DNA of 48,910 nt, from NCBI GenBank assembly GCA_964466675.1, contig CAYXSE010000002.1, positions 5,679 to 54,588 on the forward strand, written 5' to 3'. How positions within the stretch are numbered: the stretch's first letter is position 1; every line of letters begins with the position of its first letter. The position numbers were made by a program, and so were the translations under genes. Under the pieces are notes generated by a model that was not told the origin of the DNA, ran no database searches, and saw nothing but the letters and a program-made list of their open reading frames with translations. Positions 1-9,397 of the stretch are shown piece after piece. Source of the stretch: an uncultured Rhodothermales bacterium (GTDB lineage: Bacteria > Bacteroidota > Rhodothermia > Rhodothermales > UBA10348).

Positions 1-1
1 A

Positions 2-358
2 GCGCAAGGATGGAGCCTCCCCTCGGCGACGCTGAGAAACCTGGCCGCCAAGTGGGACAGGCAGGTTCTATTCACGGAAATTGGGTATCGATCCGTCTCC
101 GACGCGGCAGCTGAGCCCTGGGCTTGGGCGCCTCGAAACAGTACTGAATCGCCGGATCTGAATATGCAGAAGCGACTCTTCGAAGCGTTCTTCGAGGGTC
201 CGTGGAGAGAACCGTGGGTCCGAGGCGCCGTGGTCTGGAAGTGGTCTGGTCGGAGCTCAGGAAGTGACCGACGCAATGTGGACTTCACACCCCAGGGCAA
301 GCCGGCCGAAGACGTGATCAGACAAGCCTTTCGCGAGGCAACACAACGCATCCAATAG
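2..358 (+). CDS. C-terminal fragment of a TIM-barrel (clan GH-A-like) glycoside hydrolase; the 5' end lies outside the window
   Basis: Frame 2 is open from the window edge to TAG 356-358. The translation ...RQVLFTEIGYRSVSDAAAEPWAW...VRGAVVWKWS... carries an FTEIGY context resembling the nucleophile-Glu strand of GH5/GH113-type enzymes. Family call is by motif memory only. Confidence 0.55.
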   Translation, partial: AQGWSLPSATLRNLAAKWDRQVLFTEIGYRSVSDAAAEPWAWAPRNSTESPDLNMQKRLFEAFFEGPWREPWVRGAVVWKWSGRSSGSDRRNVDFTPQGKPAEDVIRQAFREATQRIQ

Positions 359-911
359 CCGTCTCGTGGTCCTCGACCAACCGGTCCGGCTCCAGGTCCC
401 TGATCAGCCGCCAGACGGCCCAGTCCCCGACGGCCGAGAGCGTCATGAGATAGCCGAAAACCGTCGCAAAGGCACTTCCGATCACAAGCCCGTAGAACAG
501 CGGGACCGCACCGAGGACCAGCCCGGGTGTCGCCAGTATCACGCGATACGCCCGAGCAGAGACCGGCCTCCCCCCATGTACATAAGCCACGCCCTCCCGC
601 CATCGGATCCCAAAGCTGAGTTCGCTCGGCTTGATCCCGGCGGCAAACATCGGCAAGACGTGGAGTACTTCATGCACCACAACGGCCACCAGATACACGC
701 CCAACATCAGTAGAGTTGCCGAAATCCAGTCCTCACCGGAGCCAGATGGCCAGCCCCAGATGGCCAGGTGCAGGCCCAGGGTGAGCACAGAAAATGGCAC
801 CAAGAGGCGCCACAAGGTCTGCACGACTTCTCCGACTGTGAGCGTCCGGTCTTCTTTGTCTGGATCGTGATCCGCCATGGGCGAATCTACGAACGGCGCC
901 GGGTGCCTCAC
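318..911 (-). CDS. DUF3267-like membrane protein (putative zincin peptidase)
   Basis: 197-aa ORF with several hydrophobic spans and an HExxH motif inside one of them (VAVVVHEVLHVLPMF). Its 3' end overlaps the convergent GH fragment by 41 nt. Confidence 0.7.
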   Translation of the reverse strand: MRHPAPFVDSPMADHDPDKEDRTLTVGEVVQTLWRLLVPFSVLTLGLHLAIWGWPSGSGEDWISATLLMLGVYLVAVVVHEVLHVLPMFAAGIKPSELSFGIRWREGVAYVHGGRPVSARAYRVILATPGLVLGAVPLFYGLVIGSAFATVFGYLMTLSAVGDWAVWRLIRDLEPDRLVEDHETAIGCVVLPRERLV

Positions 912-922
912 AGAGGGACTCG

Positions 923-1108
923 TCAGTCGACGATCAGCGCGATGGGATCGGGAGTCTCTCCCAGAGACGGGTAGAGACTCTGCATAGTCTGGCTCATGAA
1001 ATAGATGGCCAGCATTACGATGACGAATACGATCGGAGCCACCAGGTGGGGCCGAAAAGCCTCCTCCAGTTGGTCGTTATGCCAGTATTCGTAACGTTCG
1101 ATTTCCAT
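923..1108 (-). CDS. small single-pass membrane protein, unknown function
   Basis: ORF 923..1198; the internal ATG at 1108 gives MEIERYEYWHNDQLEEAFRPHLVAPIVFVIVMLAIYFMSQ... with one clear TM helix. No family recognised. Confidence 0.4.
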   Translation of the reverse strand: MEIERYEYWHNDQLEEAFRPHLVAPIVFVIVMLAIYFMSQTMQSLYPSLGETPDPIALIVD

Positions 1109-1223
1109 GAGATCTGTCCGAGGACTTCGGACACTACTATTCCATGAAGGGTACGTTTCAAGATCGGAGATTCGTGAAACTCGATTTGTGAATTCCATCC
1201 AGCCCTACGACCACCTGGTCCGG

Positions 1224-3020
1224 TCAGTCCAAGCCGTATTCCTGCGCGATGGCTTCGGCGTCCATGAGCCCCCCCTGGGCATCCGGGAGCATGTCCTTCG
1301 TCACCAGGTAGTCTCCCAACACCAAGACATCCATGTGGGTCCGGCGAAAGCAGGTGTAGGCGTCCGCGGGGGTGCACACGATCGGCTCTCCGCGCACATT
1401 GAAGCTGGTATTGACCAGAACACCGCACCCGGTCAGAGCCTCGAAGGCGGCGAGCAGGTCGTGAAATCCGGGGTTGTCCCGCCGGCTCACAGTTTGGATT
1501 CTGGCCGAGCCATCCACATGGGTCACCGCCGGGATGGGGGATTCGATCGCGTGCATTCGATCCAGGCCGTCGCCCTCAATCTGTGCCTCCTTGACGCCGG
1601 CGACCAGAAGCATGTAGGGGCTATCTCCTTCCAGTTCGAAATAGTCGGCCGCCCGCTCCTCCATGACACTTGGCGCAAACGGCCTGAAGCTCTCTCGGTA
1701 TTTGATCTTCAGATTCACGGTGCGCTGGACGTCGCGCCCTCTCGGGTCCGCAAGGATGGAGCGATTTCCCAAGGCTCTGGGGCCAAACTCCATGCGACCC
1801 TGGAACCAGCCGACGACCTTGCCTTCTGCCAGCATCGGCGCGATACGGTCGGCCATTTTCTCTACCCTTTCGAACGGCACGCCTTCTCCTTTCAGAAAGG
1901 ATTCGATCTCCGAATCCGAGAACTCCGGTCCGAGATAGGAGCCTGATAGTGCGTCCGTACTCGGGGGCTCCCTGGAGCCACCTTCGTGCAGGTACCAAGC
2001 GGCCAGCGCCGCTCCAAGAGCGCCCCCCGCGTCTCCGGCAGCCGGCTGGATCCAAATCCTGTCAAACGGTCCTTCCCGCAGCAATCGGCCATTCGCCACG
2101 CAGTTCAGCGCCACCCCACCCGCCAGGCACAGGTTTTTCTCCCCCGTCTCCTTGTGAACGTGGGTGGCCATGCGGAGCATCGCATCCTCAATAACGACTT
2201 GGACGGATCGGGCGAGGTCCATCTCTCTCCGTGTGAGGGCGGCTTCCGGCGTCCTCCTCGGGCCGTCGAACAGGCGCTCGAATGCCCGGCCGGTCATCGT
2301 GAGCCCGGTCGCGAACGTGAAATACTTCATGTTCAGGCGAAAAGAGCCATCATCCCGCAGGTCGATGAGGTTTTCCCGGATGAGCCCTTCATACCGCGGT
2401 TCTCCGTAAGGCGCGAGGCCCATCAGCTTGTATTCCCCCGAGTTCACCCGGAAGCCGCAGAAATAGGTAAAAGCCGAATACAACAGACCGAGCGAGTGCG
2501 GAAAATGCTGCTCATGCGTCAGTGTCAGATTCGCACCTTGCCCCGTCCCGAACGAACTCGTCGCCCACTCCCCCACTCCATCAGTCGTCAGAATCGCAGC
2601 ACGCTCGAAGGGAGAGGGATAAAACGCGCTCGCGGCATGGCTCAGGTGATGCTCGGGAAACAGGAACTGGCCTTCGAAATCCAGTTCCTTGGCCAGGGTA
2701 TCCGGTATCCAAAGCTTATGCTTGAGCCAGACGGGCATGGACGCCAGAAAGGCTTTTAGTCCGGAGGGAGCGAAGCTGACGTGGGTCTCAAGCAGCCGCT
2801 CGAAGGTGAGAAAGGGCTTGTCGTAGAACGCCACTACGTCCAGATCAGCGGTTGTCAGGCCCGCATGAGACAGACAGAATGAGATAGCATTCTTGGGAAA
2901 GGACGGGTCATGCTTCCGACGGGTGAAACGCTCCTCCTGAGCCGCGGCCGTGATCTTGCCGCCCTGCACCAGGCTGGCCGCGGCATCATGATACCAGCAC
3001 GATATCCCGAGGATATTCAA
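1224..3020 (-). CDS. carbamoyltransferase (NodU/CmcH family)
   Basis: 598 aa. The N-terminus MNILGISCWYHDAAASLVQGGKITAAAQEERFTRRKHD and the C-terminal ...LVNTSFNVRGEPIVCTP... are hallmark segments of NodU/CmcH carbamoyltransferases. Confidence 0.92.
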   Translation of the reverse strand: MNILGISCWYHDAAASLVQGGKITAAAQEERFTRRKHDPSFPKNAISFCLSHAGLTTADLDVVAFYDKPFLTFERLLETHVSFAPSGLKAFLASMPVWLKHKLWIPDTLAKELDFEGQFLFPEHHLSHAASAFYPSPFERAAILTTDGVGEWATSSFGTGQGANLTLTHEQHFPHSLGLLYSAFTYFCGFRVNSGEYKLMGLAPYGEPRYEGLIRENLIDLRDDGSFRLNMKYFTFATGLTMTGRAFERLFDGPRRTPEAALTRREMDLARSVQVVIEDAMLRMATHVHKETGEKNLCLAGGVALNCVANGRLLREGPFDRIWIQPAAGDAGGALGAALAAWYLHEGGSREPPSTDALSGSYLGPEFSDSEIESFLKGEGVPFERVEKMADRIAPMLAEGKVVGWFQGRMEFGPRALGNRSILADPRGRDVQRTVNLKIKYRESFRPFAPSVMEERAADYFELEGDSPYMLLVAGVKEAQIEGDGLDRMHAIESPIPAVTHVDGSARIQTVSRRDNPGFHDLLAAFEALTGCGVLVNTSFNVRGEPIVCTPADAYTCFRRTHMDVLVLGDYLVTKDMLPDAQGGLMDAEAIAQEYGLD

Positions 3021-3034
3021 TTTCCCATGCGGCT

Positions 3035-3883
3035 CTATCGCCCAAAATTGTAGGCGAAACTTACCCAGGGGCCTACGGGCACGGTGTCGGCCCCGACGAA
3101 TCCAATCAATCCCAAATCTGCGGCCAACCGATCGCCGTAGAACCGAAGGCCAGCTGACACGAGCGCCGCGCCCTCAGTCGGAAAGAGATAGCTCTCAGAT
3201 ATGAACTTGGTACGTCTTCCCAGGCGTCGTTCGGTGCCGAAAACGAAGACCGGAGCGCTGCTTATGTCCCCTCCCGAGAAGCCAAATCCCACTCCGAGTG
3301 TCATGGCTGCGTCGGAATGCCCCCGGGTGGCTACCCCATAGATGATTCCCGCAGAATTGCCTCCTGCGAAACCGGCGAGCACCCCCACGGCCGCAGAAGT
3401 GCGTCCCTCCTCGTAGAACGTGAATTTCGGTGCCACATAGGCGAAGTCGACGATGGCCTCCGGGATGAGCAGGGCACCGCCAGCCAGCGTGAGCCGGTCC
3501 GTCACCGCCACAGCCGCGAAACCAAAGAAAACGTAATAGGCGGCGAAATACCCGTCTCCCTTTTTGAGGGCCCGACCTGTTGGTGCGAAGAACAGCCTGG
3601 TCTCATTTGGGTCCTGCGGGAGAAACTCTCCGCCTCGCACACGCCCCTTGATCAGGCGCCTTGAGAGAATCTGAGAGACGTCGATTCGGATTTCGGTTCC
3701 TGAGACCGTTCGCAGGGTCAGAGAGAACTCAGATTCCTCAATCACCGTCCCGATGAGCCGTGAACCGTCGCGAAGATCGATTTGCTCCACCACCACGACG
3801 GTTTCAGAAGGGGCCACCTCTGCATTCTGGGCGCGCACCGCCGGCACCAGGGAGAGGAAGAGGAACAGAAATGGCGCTCTCAT
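3035..3883 (-). CDS. secreted or outer-membrane protein of unknown function
   Basis: 282 aa with signal peptide MRAPFLFLFLSLVPAVRAQ. The C-terminal half is Gly/Ala/aromatic-rich and ends ...WVSFAYNFGR, which is barrel-like. Confidence 0.6.
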   Translation of the reverse strand: MRAPFLFLFLSLVPAVRAQNAEVAPSETVVVVEQIDLRDGSRLIGTVIEESEFSLTLRTVSGTEIRIDVSQILSRRLIKGRVRGGEFLPQDPNETRLFFAPTGRALKKGDGYFAAYYVFFGFAAVAVTDRLTLAGGALLIPEAIVDFAYVAPKFTFYEEGRTSAAVGVLAGFAGGNSAGIIYGVATRGHSDAAMTLGVGFGFSGGDISSAPVFVFGTERRLGRRTKFISESYLFPTEGAALVSAGLRFYGDRLAADLGLIGFVGADTVPVGPWVSFAYNFGR

Positions 3884-3937
3884 GGCGATTCTGTTTAAAT
3901 GTTTATTGCTTTGAACGCATTCGATCCGGGATCGGCC

Positions 3938-6592
3938 TCAATGCTCCAATTCGGCGAGTGTGATGCGAAGCTTGTCAGCCTCCACGCGAGCATCGGAGGC
4001 CTTCTTCCGTTCCCTCTCCACTACGTCGGCAGGAGCCCTGGCAAGAAACTGCTCGTTTTCAAGTTTGCGACTCACGCCCATCAGGAATTTTTCCTTCTGC
4101 TCGACCTCCTTCCTGAGGCGGGCACGCTCCACTTCGAGGTCAACCATGCCAGCGAGAGGCACAAAGACCTGATGCGGTCCGACCACGAAGGCGGCACTCG
4201 CCTTAGGCTGTGGCATCCCGACACCTACGGTCAATTCCGCGACCTTTGACAGACTGCGGAAGTACCCCGAATAAGCCCGCATCTGCTCAGCCAGCTCCTC
4301 CGAATCGACGCTGAGCGTGGCAACAATCTCGTGACCCGGCGGCACGTTGTACCGCGCCCTCACATTCCGAATCCCGGAAATCACGCTCTGGATCAATCCG
4401 AACAGCTCGATGGCCTGGCTGTCGATTTCCTCGGCGTTACTCGTCGGCCATTCCGCCCGCATGAGCGATTCACCCTCGGTGCGAGTCTCCAACTGCCACC
4501 ACAGATCCTCCGTAATGAACGGCATGAACGGATGCAGGAGTCGGAGCATCTTCTCGTACAGGCCCGACGCCAGGGCGATGGTCTCGTCGCCCATGCGGTC
4601 ACCGTAGGCCGGCTTTACGAGTTCCAGGAACCAATCGCAGTAATCGCCCCAAAAAAGCGTGTAGATCCTGGTCAACGCCTCGTTCAGTCGGTATCGCTCC
4701 AGGTCTGCCTCGACCTGTTCGATGGTCTGATTCAATCGCGAAACCATCCACCGCTCCACCAGACTCAGCTCGACAAAGGCCGGACTCCGGCGATACGTCT
4801 TGCCTTCCTCCCGAAACTGTCCGAATACGTTGAACGCGTTCCAGATCTTGTTGGCAAAATTTCGCCCCATCTCGAATCGCGTCGGGTCCAGTTTGATGTC
4901 CTGGCCCTGAGCGCACAGGACTGTGAGAGAGAATCGAACGGCATCCGCGCCGTACTGGTCGATCATTTCGAGGGGATCAATTCCATTCCCCAGACTCTTG
5001 GACATCCACCGCCCCTGCTTGTCCTTGATCATCCCCGTGATGAAAATGTCGCGGAACGGAGGCTCCCCCGTAAAGTGAAGCCCGGCCATGATCATCCTCG
5101 CGATCCAGAAAAAGAGGATATCGTAGCCCGAGACGAGTACGCTACCCGGGTGGAAATACTCCAGGTCCTCGGTCTCCTCAGGCCAGCCGAGCGTGGCGAA
5201 CGGCCAGAGCCAAGAGCTGAACCAGGTGTCGAGAACGTCTTCGTCTTGAACCATCCCGGCTTCCGGTTCATCCAGGGAGACTTTGAAGCCGCGACTCTCG
5301 TCGATCTCGCCGTCTTCATCCAGCCAATACCACACCGGAATCCGATGCCCCCACCACAGCTGCCTCGATATGGTCCAGTCCCGAATATTGTCCAGCCAGC
5401 GGAAGTACTCGTTCTCCCAGCGCTTTGGATGAAACTTGATGGTCCCGTTCCGGACCGCCTCCAGCGCCGGCTCGGCCAGTGGCTTCATTTTCACGAACCA
5501 CTGGCGTGATATGAGCGGCTCGATAATGGCCTTGGACCGACTGGAGATCGGAACCGTGGTCCGGTAGTCTTCGATCTTGACCAGGAAGCCCTGCTCTTCC
5601 AGGTCGGCCACGATGCGCTCGCGGGCCTTGAAGCGATCCATGCCCTGATAGACTCCACCTTCCTCGGTGATGCTGCCATCCAGGCCAATGACCGAGAAAG
5701 TCTCTAGACCGTGTTTTTGGCCGATTTCGAAGTCGTTCTTGTCGTGGCCTGGCGTGATCTTGAGTGCCCCGGCTCCGAATTCGGGCTTCACGTACTCGTC
5801 GGCGATGACGGCTATTTCCCGACCGACCAGCGGCAGAATCACCTTCCGACCGATGAGATGCGCGTAACGGTCGTCTTCCGGATGAACGGCAATCGCGGAG
5901 TCGCCCAGCATGGTCTCGGGCCGGGTCGTGGCGATCGTGATGTGCCCCTCGCCAGAAGCAAGCGGGTACCGGATGTACCAGAGCTTCCCGTCTCTCTCGA
6001 CGTTGTCCACTTCCTCGTCGGAGAGTGCCGTCATGTCCACCGGGCACCAATTGATGAGGTACTCGCCCCGATAGACCAGCCCCTGCTCGAACAGCTTCAC
6101 GAACACGTGCTGCACAGACCGCGAGAAGCCGTCGTCCATGGTGAAGCGTTCCTTGGACCAATCGCAGGAATCGCCCAGGCGCCGCTTCTGCTGAAGAATG
6201 ATCCCTCCGTACTCTTCTTTCCACTCCCAGACTCGTTCTATGAATGCTTCCCGGCCAAGATCCTGGCGGTTTTTTCCTTCCTCCTTCTTTAGGGTCCGCT
6301 CGACCACGTTTTGGGTGGCAATGCCGGCGTGATCCATCCCGGGTAGCCAGAGCGCCTCATCGCCTTTCATTCGGCGAATGCGCGTCAGGGCATCTTGAAT
6401 CGTGTCCTGCAATGCGTGCCCCATGTGAAGTCGCCCGGTCACATTGGGGGGCGGCATCACGATCACATGAGGCTCCTTGTCGGGGTTCGGGCGGGTCTTG
6501 AACAGATCGTTCGACTCCCAATAGCGGTACCACCGCTCCTCGATGGATTGAGGGTCGTATGCGGATCGTTTCGTTTCCGAGTCCTTAGCCAT
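3938..6592 (-). CDS. valS: valine--tRNA ligase
   Basis: HIGH region PPPNVTGRLHMGHAL, KMSKS region WMSKSLGNG, and a C-terminal coiled coil (...KLRITLAELEH). The ORF is open to 6661, but ATG 6592 (MAKDSETKRSAYDPQSIEERWY...) matches the usual N-terminus. Confidence 0.97.
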   Translation of the reverse strand: MAKDSETKRSAYDPQSIEERWYRYWESNDLFKTRPNPDKEPHVIVMPPPNVTGRLHMGHALQDTIQDALTRIRRMKGDEALWLPGMDHAGIATQNVVERTLKKEEGKNRQDLGREAFIERVWEWKEEYGGIILQQKRRLGDSCDWSKERFTMDDGFSRSVQHVFVKLFEQGLVYRGEYLINWCPVDMTALSDEEVDNVERDGKLWYIRYPLASGEGHITIATTRPETMLGDSAIAVHPEDDRYAHLIGRKVILPLVGREIAVIADEYVKPEFGAGALKITPGHDKNDFEIGQKHGLETFSVIGLDGSITEEGGVYQGMDRFKARERIVADLEEQGFLVKIEDYRTTVPISSRSKAIIEPLISRQWFVKMKPLAEPALEAVRNGTIKFHPKRWENEYFRWLDNIRDWTISRQLWWGHRIPVWYWLDEDGEIDESRGFKVSLDEPEAGMVQDEDVLDTWFSSWLWPFATLGWPEETEDLEYFHPGSVLVSGYDILFFWIARMIMAGLHFTGEPPFRDIFITGMIKDKQGRWMSKSLGNGIDPLEMIDQYGADAVRFSLTVLCAQGQDIKLDPTRFEMGRNFANKIWNAFNVFGQFREEGKTYRRSPAFVELSLVERWMVSRLNQTIEQVEADLERYRLNEALTRIYTLFWGDYCDWFLELVKPAYGDRMGDETIALASGLYEKMLRLLHPFMPFITEDLWWQLETRTEGESLMRAEWPTSNAEEIDSQAIELFGLIQSVISGIRNVRARYNVPPGHEIVATLSVDSEELAEQMRAYSGYFRSLSKVAELTVGVGMPQPKASAAFVVGPHQVFVPLAGMVDLEVERARLRKEVEQKEKFLMGVSRKLENEQFLARAPADVVERERKKASDARVEADKLRITLAELEH

Positions 6593-6676
6593 GGCGTCCG
6601 GGAATGAACAGTTCGGATAAAAGATAGGTTGGCGCCGCCCAACGCGGCACCAGCGGTCCACGTTCCTTAATATCCG

Positions 6677-7339
6677 ATGTACATGCTCACTCCCATGGCC
6701 CCTTTGCGAAACACCAAGAAATACGTTGCCATCGCCGGCAACATCGGCGCTGGCAAGAGTTCCTTGACTCGTCTGTTGTCAGGCTACTTCAAGTGGGAAT
6801 CGATGTACGAGCGTGTGGACGACAATCCCTACCTGGCGGATTTCTACGAGGACATGCAGCGGTGGTCGTTCAGCCTGCAGGTGTTCTTCCTCTCCTCCCG
6901 CTTCAATCATCAGCGTCACATCGAGGAATTGCCCCACTCTATTGTCCAAGACCGATCCATCTACGAGGACGCAGAGATTTTCGCTCGAAACCTCTACGAA
7001 ATGGGCCTCATGTCCACGAGGGACTTCGAAAACTACACCTCCCTTTTCAAGATCATGACCTCCTACCTGAGGTCTCCCGATCTGCTGGTCTATCTTCGGG
7101 CATCCGTGCCGACCCTTGTGCGGCACATTCAGTCGCGCGGTCGAGCGTTCGAGACCTCCATCCGAATCGAGTATCTGGAGCGGCTCAACACCCACTACGA
7201 AAACTGGATCGAACGATACGATCTCGGACCGAAGCTGATTATCGATGTGGATGAGTTGGATTTTGTCAATGTCGACCGCGACCAGAGTCAGATCATTGCA
7301 CTCATCGAAGCCCGACTCTTCGGGCTGTTCCCTGAGTAA
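6677..7339 (+). CDS. deoxynucleoside kinase (dCK/dGK family)
   Basis: P-loop VAIAGNIGAGKSS, DRSIYED motif, ~220 aa, typical of bacterial deoxyadenosine/deoxyguanosine kinases. Confidence 0.9.
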   Translation: MYMLTPMAPLRNTKKYVAIAGNIGAGKSSLTRLLSGYFKWESMYERVDDNPYLADFYEDMQRWSFSLQVFFLSSRFNHQRHIEELPHSIVQDRSIYEDAEIFARNLYEMGLMSTRDFENYTSLFKIMTSYLRSPDLLVYLRASVPTLVRHIQSRGRAFETSIRIEYLERLNTHYENWIERYDLGPKLIIDVDELDFVNVDRDQSQIIALIEARLFGLFPE

Positions 7340-9347
7340 CGTAGCCCCGGCGTCTGCGCGCTTCGGTCCGGGAACTTCCAGGCGATTTCTGGCCCTCTTC
7401 CTGGGCGGATTCCTGGTGGCTGGCGCCCGCGGGCAGGTGGCCGATTCTGTAGGGGTCGACCCTCCGTCTTTCTCGGACTCCGCTCTCGTCCGGCTTCCCG
7501 TCGTGATACTGCAGGCACCCAAGAGTCGAACAGCGCGCCTTCCTTATCTGGATATCCCGGCCCTGCTGGCCGGTACGCCCGGAGCCTGGGTGTATGATTT
7601 CGGCGCTCCCGGGTGGCCCGATGGGTGGAGTCCGTACGGAGTCGACCCGGGCGCGATCGGCTTGACTCTGGACCATATCCCTTTCGATGACCCGGTCACA
7701 GGTCGACCCGACTACGAACTGCTCCCCTTCGACAAGCTGGCCACCGTCTCATGGGGCGCACTGACAAACGGTCGGCCCGAGGCCGTAAGAACCAGCCTGT
7801 CCGGCTTCGAATCCTCTCGCCCCCTCACCGAAATTGTCTACCGATCCACGAATTCCGGCCTCCAACAGGTATCCGTAACCCATGCACAGACTCGAAGCGG
7901 GCCTGGGAACGCGCCACTGCAGTATCTTTTTGCGTATGCGGGTGCCGGGGCCCGGGGCGAGTACGAGGGAAGTCGCCTGCAGAGGAAGAGGCAGCTACTT
8001 CTTCGCCTACGGCGCGACACGCCGAGTCTCCGTCTGGAGTTGGGCGAAATGTTCAACCGGCACCGTGTCGGCGCCCACGGAGGAGTCCAACCGTTCTCGG
8101 GATTCGGTTACGAGTCCATCTATCAGCGCCTGGGCGCAGCCGTCGAGAATCCGGGGGCGATTCGGCAGACATCCAGAAACGACCTGTGGTTTCGGGCTGA
8201 GCTCCCAGATCGGCGTACCTGGATCAAGACCTGGTGGACGGTCGGGACGCTCACGCATCGGCTGGGCACGGACACCACCGTGGCGCGCGTTTCGCGCCTC
8301 GGGATCAAGCTTGGGCAGCCCATTCCGGGTAAAAACGACCTAGAGGTCACGGCCAGTGCTTTTCGGGATACGTATCCCGATCGGAACGCGTGGACGAGGA
8401 CACCGGCCTCCCGGTTCGAGGCGAATGCGCTTGTGTCAGGCCGCAATCGTTGGCAGAAGGCAGGGGTTACCTGGTCTGCTGGTGTGACGGCGATGGGAAC
8501 TGGCATCTATGGCACCAAGTTCGGCCCAGCGTATGCGGCGGAAGTGGTCTGGGATGCCGGCAGGGCAAAGCCATTTCTAACGAGCCGTCGTGGCGTGGTG
8601 GCTCACTCAGCGTCGGACCTTTTCGGGTTTGGGCCCACGGTGAAGCGTCTCGGCGAGCCTCCCATCATATCCACCCGGCAGGGAGTACCACCAGAATCGG
8701 CCCTCCTGGGAAGGCAATCCCTGGAGGAGGTCGGCCTTGCGTTGGGCATCGGGCCAATGGACGTCCGTACCACGGTGTTCTCCTCCCGGACTTCGGGAGG
8801 ATTGGTCCGGATGCTTGATATCGATGCGGACACCATGTCCGTCGTCGCATACCAGGGCACGCGGGCGCGGACGGGGGCAACAGCCCGCATCGGCCTGCGG
8901 GATGCCTCGCGGCGCGGCGCCTACGCCTGGGTAAGTGGCACCTGGTCCAGATTCTCGGGGGAGGATCCGGATCTTGACGTCAGACTCAGGCAAGCTGTCC
9001 CCGAAATCGCCGGGACGGCGGTCCTGGGAATCCGCGGATTGCTGTTCAAAGATGACCTGGACGGAGACCTGTCGGTTCGGGTAAGAGGCTGGTCCGCCCA
9101 TCGGGGCCTTCGTCTCCATGCCGCGACGGGCTTGCTCGCCCTGCCAGACCCAAGCTCGCGCCCAATCGCCGAATCCTTTGTAGTAGATATCGTGGGTATC
9201 GCGCACATTCGGAGGGCGACTCTCACACTCTCCATGGAGAACATCCTGAGTGGGACGAATCTGGTCCCGGGCAATCAGCTCGTCCCCGATTACCCATACC
9301 CGGCGCGCCGCCTGAGATTCTCCGTCTACTGGCCCATTTGGGACTGA
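7245..9347 (+). CDS. large outer-membrane beta-barrel protein (putative-porin-like); start codon uncertain
   Basis: 700-aa ORF with a signal-like segment RRFLALFLGGFLVAGARGQ and a C-terminal strand ...RLRFSVYWPIWD. No in-frame ATG/GTG/TTG lies between the upstream stop (7339) and the signal peptide. The only candidates (7245, 7251, 7269) sit inside the kinase gene. Confidence 0.6.
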   Translation: MWMSWILSMSTATRVRSLHSSKPDSSGCSLSNVAPASARFGPGTSRRFLALFLGGFLVAGARGQVADSVGVDPPSFSDSALVRLPVVILQAPKSRTARLPYLDIPALLAGTPGAWVYDFGAPGWPDGWSPYGVDPGAIGLTLDHIPFDDPVTGRPDYELLPFDKLATVSWGALTNGRPEAVRTSLSGFESSRPLTEIVYRSTNSGLQQVSVTHAQTRSGPGNAPLQYLFAYAGAGARGEYEGSRLQRKRQLLLRLRRDTPSLRLELGEMFNRHRVGAHGGVQPFSGFGYESIYQRLGAAVENPGAIRQTSRNDLWFRAELPDRRTWIKTWWTVGTLTHRLGTDTTVARVSRLGIKLGQPIPGKNDLEVTASAFRDTYPDRNAWTRTPASRFEANALVSGRNRWQKAGVTWSAGVTAMGTGIYGTKFGPAYAAEVVWDAGRAKPFLTSRRGVVAHSASDLFGFGPTVKRLGEPPIISTRQGVPPESALLGRQSLEEVGLALGIGPMDVRTTVFSSRTSGGLVRMLDIDADTMSVVAYQGTRARTGATARIGLRDASRRGAYAWVSGTWSRFSGEDPDLDVRLRQAVPEIAGTAVLGIRGLLFKDDLDGDLSVRVRGWSAHRGLRLHAATGLLALPDPSSRPIAESFVVDIVGIAHIRRATLTLSMENILSGTNLVPGNQLVPDYPYPARRLRFSVYWPIWD

Positions 9348-9397
9348 CAGGCACCCCTCCTGAAACAAGTTCGGACGGCAATTCCGTATAAGCGGCC

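Noticed and set aside
4331-5509. 392-aa plus-strand ORF (and 5316..6224 minus-strand alternate-frame ORF) inside valS
   Set aside because: It is antisense or out of frame to a strongly conserved valS with HIGH/KMSKS motifs. The translation is Arg/Pro/Gly/His-rich with no motif. This is a typical GC-rich shadow ORF.
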